From: Guillardia theta CCMP2712
Taxonomy: Eukaryota > Protista > Cryptophyta
Reading direction: 5' to 3'
Assembly (NCBI RefSeq): GCF_000315625.1
Contig: NW_005434669.1
Location: forward strand, 124,001 to 188,000
Length of the DNA: 64,000 nucleotides
The translations under genes and the position numbers were made by a program. Below are positions 56,655 to 64,000 of this stretch, in pieces. Numbering within the stretch: the stretch's first letter is position 1; each line of letters starts with the position of its first letter. The notes under the pieces were generated by a model. It saw nothing but the letters and a program-made list of their open reading frames with translations, was not told the origin of the DNA and searched no databases.

Positions 56655-58297
56655 ATGCCTCCTCGACGAAAAGCCTCGGCCGGGCTGAAGGCGAAAAAAA
56701 GTGCCGAGGATGGGTTGAAAGGTCAGGAGAACCCTGAAGAAGCTGCTGCGGATGAGGAGACCAAGGTCCCTCAAAAGAGAGGGAGAGGAAGGGCTGCGAA
56801 AGAAAAAGTGGGAAAAGACCAGATTGCAGACAACAAAGGTGATACTCAGGATGAAAAAAAGCAGGCTGAACCCGAGAAAGTTACCAAGAAACGAGGGAAG
56901 AAGGAAACGGATACAGCGGAATCGGACAAACCCAAGAAGAAGGCAAAAGACGAGCAGGAGACGAATAAGAAGGAGAAAGTTGTTCAAGAGAAAGTCGCGA
57001 TTGAAAAGAGCGACATCAAACATGCAGAACTCCCCAGCAAGCGTTACAAAATTGTTTCTTGGAATGTCACAACCATAAGAAGTCTAATGAAGAAAAATCC
57101 TGAGCTTCTCAAAAAGCTCATGGAGCAAGAACAGCCAGATCTCATCTGTTTTCAGGTGTTTTTGATGCTATCGAATCGATCATGAATGATGTTTTCTTCC
57201 CTCCTGTTCACAGGAAACCAAACTCAAACAAGAAGAGCATGACGAATACGAGGAGATGTTGAAATCGCAGTTTCCAGGTGACGTTACCCTTCTCTTAGAC
57301 CCCATGCCAGCTGACTCGTGAGCAAGGGTATGAAGCTCACTTCAGCTCCAGTTTGTCCAATAAATCGTATGCTGGAACTCTTGTCTTGGTCAGATCCTCC
57401 AAGGACAAGGCAACTGCGCAGAAGCAAACCAAGATGGATTCGTTCTTCAAAGGGAAAGACTCCAAGAGCGCCAAGAAAGACGAAGAGACGGCCTGTCCTC
57501 CTCTGAAAGTCACCTTTGGGCTCTCGACTCTGTCGAAGGACGATGGGGAGATTGCAGCGGAAGTGATTCAGGAGGGAAGAACTATTACAGTCGAGTTCGA
57601 GTCATTCTTTGTCGTTGCTACATATGTGCCCAACAGTGGAGAGAAGCTACAGCGACTGGGTATGTTGTTGTGCTCGTCTCTCTTGTTGTGTGGTTGTCTT
57701 GTGTCGTCTGGTGAGATGAATCAATCAGAATTCAGGACCAAGTTGTGGGATCGGAAAGTTGTGGAATATCTGAAGAAGCTGGAAGCATCGGGCAAGCCTG
57801 TAATGAGACAGTTATATATTGCAGCAATTGATGTATCCGTCCAGGTGATTTGGTGTGGGGACCTTAACGTCGCTCATCTGGACAATGACATCTGGAACGT
57901 TGGCGCAAAGGTTGGAGACCAACTCTCTTCTTTCATGCTCGGTAACTCCACCACAGCATCTGGTCAAGTCCGCGGGCACGACACCCGAGGAGCGTGATTC
58001 CTTCAGCAAGATTCTAGAGGAAGGCTATGTGGATTGCTTCCGGCATTTGCACGGAGAGGTTCACTCTCGACACAGGTTCTTTTTGCTGACTAGCTGCAGG
58101 ATGCCAAGGGATGGTTCAGCTACTGGAGCGTGCGAGCTGGGAATCGTCCTTGGAACCGAGGTCTTCGACTCGATTACTTCGTCGCATCCAAGTCCCTCTG
58201 CTCTCAGGACTCTCTGCCCAGGGTGGTCGATGCTGATATCCACGATGAATTTGTCGCTATCGACCATGCAGCGATTAGTCTCACCCTCGCCGTGTAG
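56655..58297 (+). CDS. AP endonuclease, APE1/ARP/ExoIII family, with Lys-rich N-terminal extension, multi-exon
   Basis: KIVSWNV, DLICFQ/ETKL, YAGT, EGRTITVEF, YVPNSG, WCGDLNVAH, GTTPEER, VDCFRHLH, FSYWSVR..N.GLRLDYFVAS, DH. Confidence 0.94.
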
Positions 58298-58399
58298 TTC
58301 GTCATGTACCTCAATGTCAGGATGTGCTCTGCCATGCCAGAGAAATACAAGAGGTTAGCCAAGTAGAAGTGGGATTAAGAAACTCTTTAAAAATCGACG

Positions 58400-60400
58400 G
58401 AATCTGCCTCAGATCATCGCTTTCGCGCCCTAGAGTGACTGTGATTATGTCTACTTTTCTTCATGTTGAACTCCTTGAGTTTTTCGCCACCTTCCTTCCT
58501 TATCCCCTTGATTCTTTTGCTAACGGCTCTGCGATTGATGTCAAGGAATTTCTTCTTGGTCAAGAGCATTCTTGCAAAAATCTGCAAAGTTTTCGGTTCA
58601 GCTCATATCATGATTCAATATCGCTCTTGTGATACCTTCAGTTCTTTGTTGTCCTCATCGCTCATATCTTTCGACAAACCGCACTGCGTCAACTCAGGGA
58701 CAGTGATCGGATCTTGCATCAGCATTTCAAATTGGTCTGCTGACGAAGTGAAGTATTTGTCGATAATCATCCCCCCTGAACCAAACCAAGTCAGCTCAAC
58801 TTGCATCATCAAGCGTTTTGCAACCAAAATCTCCAAACTTTTGATGCCGACGAAAGACATCCAAGCTACAACTTGAGAAATAAGCAGCTGGACTTTGAAT
58901 TCGAGCCAAGGCAATTCGAACATCAGAAGGAAACTTCATCAAAACCTTGTCGAATCCGACCATCTGAGCCATGGGAGGCAACCTAGTGCGCTTCCCCCGG
59001 TTGCTAATCTCTTCATTCGAGTAGACATGTAGACTTAGACGAGGAGTGATTGGAAGGCTTGTTGTGTCTCCTTGACGCAATTTTTCCATTCTCTGCTTAT
59101 GATCTGTTGAGTTAATGCGATGACCTCCCAAGGCTTGCGAGCTGGTGAAATATATGTTACAAACTTCACATCGCCACGGCGTAGATATATCTTTCATGCT
59201 TAAATCATCATTGGTGTTTTCATTGTTGGAATTCGGCTCATTTTCAACTGTTCCTTTGCTTGGAGGTGAGCTTCCAAGCGGTTGCTCTTGCGACATTTCG
59301 TACCATGTTCTTCGGTTCGTATTCGCAGGGCTGCTCTTTGGTCCTTTTCCAGCGATCCAGCTCGTTTGCTTTGCATTTGCTGGCAGATGCAAATTCTCGT
59401 TTGTTTTTGCATTCTGCAAAAGTTTCTGCAAAGACTTTGCAGATTCTTGACCTGATGGTTCTTTGGCAGGAATCAGTCTTATGCCTGAGTACATGGAATT
59501 GATGCGGGCCAGCATCTCATGTTCAGCTTTGATCTGCAAGTAAAATCAACCATCAAGTCGAAGCTGTTGTGCTGAACTCTTACCTTCAAAATTTGCAGAT
59601 CATTCAATCCCTGCTCACATGGCATGCGGTGAATGTCCACTCGAATCCAGCCATGGGGAGCGAACTTCATTGGCTGAAAAGCAGTCTTGGGAATGGAAAA
59701 AATACTTTCACGATGATTTGTATTCTGAACATTGACTGTGTCAGTACTGATTGTTTTGATTACTGGACATTCTCTTGCACAACAGTTTCCATCGGGCAAA
59801 ATGTTTGTGTTTACTTCGTAGAGCTTGTATTCTTTTCCATGATGATGTTCTTCGACAACCATCGCAAACCATGGCACCACCGCGGATAAAGGTGGGAGGA
59901 TTGCTGTTTGAGCGAACAACATCACTGGGTTTTGCAAATCCTGTGGAGAATCACAAACTTCTGCAACCTTCATTCCAAAGGCTTTCTCAAACGAAGAACC
60001 AAGACCACTCTGAATTGTTTTGCTGCTTTCACATTCTTGCTCTCCTTGTTTGTCGGATTCACGAAATTTCTCACAGTCGAAGGACTTGGAAATGGTCGAA
60101 AGCAAGATTGAAGTTCTTTTGTTTGGACTTCCATCCGCCTTGTCCCTGGAAGACCACAAAACATCAGCTATGAGGAGCAAGGAGTATGCAAGGATGTTGC
60201 TTTACCTCACAAATGGCAAAAACGCTGAGCCTTCGCTTTCTATTCTTGGTGTTTGGTTCTTTGAAGAGCTCAAGTTAAGGAGCGCAGTTGCAGCCTCGTG
60301 GTGCTGACCATTGCAGTCAGATCTGGCGGCAAGCATTCTGTCCTGACAGTTTCAAAACTAAGAGTTGTCCAGAAGCCGTCCCCTTCAGATCAACATTGCA
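58400..60400 (-). CDS. C2H2 zinc-finger protein (QALGGH type), multi-exon; ends approximate
   Basis: WRCEVCNIYFTSSQALGGHRINSTDH within ORF 58796-59539; adjoining ORFs 59479-60180 and 58615-58923. Confidence 0.65.
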
Positions 60401-61059
60401 TGAATCGTAGCAATTGTTCGTATCGTTTGTAAGAGCTGCCTCTTCAATACGTTTCAGTCTTCATCTCCTTGTGTTTCACTCGTTATCTTGTTCCTTATCT
60501 TTTTTCTTCTTCTCTTCGCCACATTCTGCTCATCTCACCATCTTCTGCCAGCTGCTCCGTTGCTACCAGGCGGCTAAAACAACGAGAAGAGTTTTTTAAA
60601 AAAGAGATTGTGGTACTGAAGTTTCTTCCATTTAAAACACTAATTGTTCATCTCCTTACTAATCCGATTTTAAAATTAATTTATTTGCTATGAGGGGCTT
60701 CTCTTCATTTGGTACAAATAATTATATCATAAAAACATAAAACGAATCAACAATTCCATTTTATTCCTTGATATTTCTCCGACAAGTCGCGCATGTCGGA
60801 TCAAGGCCCTCATACCGCCCCCTCCCCCCTCCTCCCCCCCCCTAAACCCTCCCTCAGGGCGGCGTTCCAACTTCGGCGGAAGTTACGAGGCCCGGCTCGT
60901 CTGTCGCTCAATGATGGTTCTAATGGGCCCAAAGTGCCTTGAAGTAGCGAACGAGCCTTTCTTGGCGTATCTACAAACTTGAAGAATAGACTTGAATGAA
61001 TAACACGAGTGACAAGTAACGCTAGTAAGTCAGCCAGCCTGTCCGGTCATGGCTGTCCC

Positions 61060-61962
61060 TCAGGCATCGAGCTCGTCGTAGATGGCAGTGATGGCAGCGA
61101 TGGCTTCTTGCTCTGCTATGACATCCTGCCTTGACAAGTTTCTCTCCTGCAGTTCAGCCTGTTAGGACAACGCGCCCTCTCCCCTGCCCCCCTCAACTCA
61201 CCGTGAACATCTGCTCCACAACCTCCATGATCTTCAGCACTGAGATCTTGCCGGGACGTGCCACGGTATCAGCGGAAGGAGAACATGTTGCAAGGGACTT
61301 ACCTTGTCGAACATCTTCATGATGAGCAGAGTAACTTCCCCGTGGGTAAGACTGTCGTTGAAAGAAGTCGGTCTCAGTTCCTCCAAGGACCTCGCGATGT
61401 TCTGATCGCAAGTCAGAGCTTCACAGACAATCTCACAACAAGACATACTGCTACGTGATCGATGTTGTCGACGTTGCCGTCCGCTGCCTCCTCTTTGAGA
61501 TCGTCTTCGACACCCGCGCTCGGCTGATGTGAACTCTGTTGTTCCTCCATGTTCACTTCCCCTCTGATATCAATGTCTTGCTCCCTCCACACTGTCAGTG
61601 GGAGTCTAGATCCCAGAAAGTCGGGAGGAGGAGGAGGAGGGTCGGGGGAGTTTTCATCGGCAAGGAGCTTCACACCAAAGTCGTCCATTCTGTCTCGAAC
61701 CGCAAGCTGACGGAGCTGTCGAATAAGAGAATTGAGAAGGGACGGAGAGGTTGCTCAACGATACCTTGAAAGCTATCGACACGCTTTCGTCGAGTTTTGA
61801 TTTGAGCTCTGACGTACACGATAAACAAATTTTCTTATCATGAAGCAACATGCCCTACCTTCATTCTCACGCCTCCACATTTCAATCTCCCTCAGGAGTG
61901 TTTCATTTTGGACGTTCAAGTGCTCTATCGAGGAGCAAGAGAGGTCAGTTCATTGAGAAACT

Positions 61963-62036
<74 letters not shown>

Positions 62037-64000
62037 GTAATGGTGATATTCAAGGAAGACAATCAGTACCAAACTCTTGAAGCCTGTCAAGACAGGCATC
62101 TCTTTCTGCCTCGATCGCTGCAGTCCGCTGATCTCCCAACACGTCACCACACATCAAACACCCTCACACGAGCATGCCTCTAGCAGCCACAACCGCTGAC
62201 GCTCTCGGGCAGCTGCTTGCTCCTGCAGCAACCTGGAGGCAGACCTGCTATTCTTGATATTCTGTCGTTGGATCACTATCATGCATCGCTACCTGCCCTC
62301 ACCTTCAGCTCAATCAGCAGCAGCCGTTCTCGCTCGCTGATCAGAGACATCTTGCTGCAAGCCGACCCCGAGTAAGAACAGAGGTTGAAGTGACCTTGTC
62401 GTCCTCACCTCCTCTCGTCCTCCATGAGCATCAGAGCATCCTTGTACTTCTTCTCCAGTTGTCGCTTGTCTTCCAGCCACTTCAAAACATCATGAGCAGT
62501 TGCTTCAATCAGGGCCTGCTGACCTCCTCGCATTCCAAGTTGTGTTGAGATTTCAGCGCCTCCATCAGCTGGCGGTGTGCTTGTAGCTCGAGAACAAGAT
62601 TCTGCCGTCACAGTGAGAGCAAACAAGAGCAGGACGGCAAAGGAAGAGGGGAGGGAGGGAGGGAGGGAGGGAGGGAGAGAGGGAGGGAGGGAGGGAGGGA
62701 GGGAGGGAGGGAGGGAGGGAGGGAGGGAGGGAGGGAGGGAGGGAGGGAGGGAGGGAGGGAGGGAGGGAGGGAGGGAGGGAGGGAGGCAAAGGGACAGAAA
62801 GGATAAACAAGAACTGGGGAGGTCACAAGACAAGGAGATGGAACGACCTCCTTGTCTTTCTTGAGTTCTTCGGATTGCTGACTCAGGAGTTCTGCGGCAT
62901 CCCGTCATGCCAGCGAAGGGGAAGAGCGATGAAGAGACCTTTTTGATCTGTCAGACGAGCCATGTCTTGTTTCGCAGCGTCGAGCAGCTGGAGAGTTTCA
63001 TAATCTTTCGAGTCTTGATGATGGAAGTATTTCTCCTTCTCCTCAAACTTCTCACTCTGGCAATCGTCGTTTTACCGACGGACACGAAAAACAATCACAA
63101 GACTCACACTTCTGTCTTTCTCTATAATCTCTCTTGTCAAACTGCGAAGCGTCAAAGAATGTCGTCAAAGTCAGGTCATTTCAATCTCAACACATCACTT
63201 TCTCGTCGCCTCCTGGGCCTTTTCCACCTGACTTTCCAAGAACGCAATCTACCATCTCACATTCAATTCATGTCCACTTGTTCTCTTCCTCTCCCCTTAC
63301 CCTGTGCTCTGCTTCTTCGAACTTCATTCTCCATTGCCGCAGGTCCACCTCAATCTCTGCCCTTGTCATCCTCCTCCCATCAATCGCAATCAGCTCAAGA
63401 TCAGATCTTGTCCGTCCTGGCGAAGCCTCCGCATCTCCTGCTCCTTCCACATCGCTCTATGATATCCTCAGCAAGAGCGTCAGGCACACTTGCTCCTGAT
63501 ACCTCGTCGTTGACATCGTTGTCCCCATCCGAATCTTCGAACACATCAGATGCGCATCTCTGATTTTCTTCTCTCACCTTTTAAGAATTCCCCTGCTTTA
63601 CTCATAACTGCCTCCTCCTGCCACTACCGGACGCTGAGCAACATTTCAGGAACAAACATCTCACCTTGTATCCCATCGCTTGCTTGGCCTGCATGGACAG
63701 CAGTCAGAGGGAGGTAAGATATACAAACCTCCTCGTCAACTTTCCTTCTTCCACGCTTCAGCCAGTCGTTCGTATCCTCCTCCAATCCTGACGCTGAAGT
63801 GACCGATAGATTCAGTCGCATGCAGCTGTCAAGACGAGTGAGCAACGACGAGCTTGACATGTCAGTATCCACCAGTTTCTCCATCTGATCCCTCAAACTT
63901 CGATTGTCTTTCTCTAGTCCATCAACGATTGCTCCAAGACGGCCCCTCTGTCCGTCGTGGTGAAAACACAAGTAGACAAACAAAGTAGCACTCACTTGAT
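61060..64000 (-). CDS. Coiled-coil hypothetical protein, multi-exon, 5' end outside window
   Basis: E/K/L-rich exon fragments (LEKDNRSLRDQMEKL; EIEVDLRQWRMKFEEAE; WLEDKRQLEKKYKDALMLMEDER). Probable stop near 61060. Confidence 0.6.
61963..62035. repeat. (GAT)n microsatellite
   Basis: Directly visible. Confidence 0.95.
62647..62786. repeat. (GGGA)n microsatellite, intronic
   Basis: Directly visible; similar tracts at ~750-825, 1462-1500 and 47710-47782. Confidence 0.95.

Noticed and set aside
60838-60851. Telomere-like ccctaaaccct (and ttaggg near 38767)
   Set aside because: Single units, expected by chance.
1-64000. tRNA/rRNA/snRNA genes
   Set aside because: None recognised by eye; a covariance-model scan would be needed to exclude them.

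Overview
Eukaryotic nuclear DNA that is gene-dense, with many ~45-55 nt GT-AG introns and purine/pyrimidine-skewed intronic microsatellites. The style suggests a cryptophyte such as Guillardia theta (inference, not verified). Recognisable genes in order: 3' part of an IP3-receptor/RyR-type Ca2+ channel, a disrupted Fluc/CrcB-like gene, SDP1/TGL-type patatin lipase, a P-loop GTPase-like protein, an intronless ferric-reductase/NOX-family flavocytochrome, a DysF + cPLA2-type phospholipase, a GT49 (LARGE-like) glycosyltransferase with a Cys-rich MGAT5-like tail, a SPIN90/Ldb17-like protein, an NPHP3/TEP1-like IQ-DUF4062-NTPase-TPR protein, an Ig-like protein, an MFSD1-like transporter, an APE1/ExoIII endonuclease, a QALGGH C2H2 protein and a coiled-coil protein. 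The most unusual region is ~35.2-41.8 kb. It holds an intron-free, VLR-like array of 32 alternating 72-bp LRR units with a near-invariant DNA scaffold and variable beta-strand codons. The array lacks a proper start, carries one internal stop and is bracketed by a 45-bp direct repeat with dyad symmetry. It lies head-to-head with a Crypton-derived gene (PHD-like finger + C-terminal half of a tyrosine recombinase + GCR1_C-like domain). Also seen: an exact 64-bp duplication that frameshifts the Fluc-like gene, a dispersed repeat family with a fixed end, and intergenic DNA apparently eroded by 2-4 bp micro-insertions. Exon boundaries were read by eye, and all domain calls come from motif recognition without database searches.
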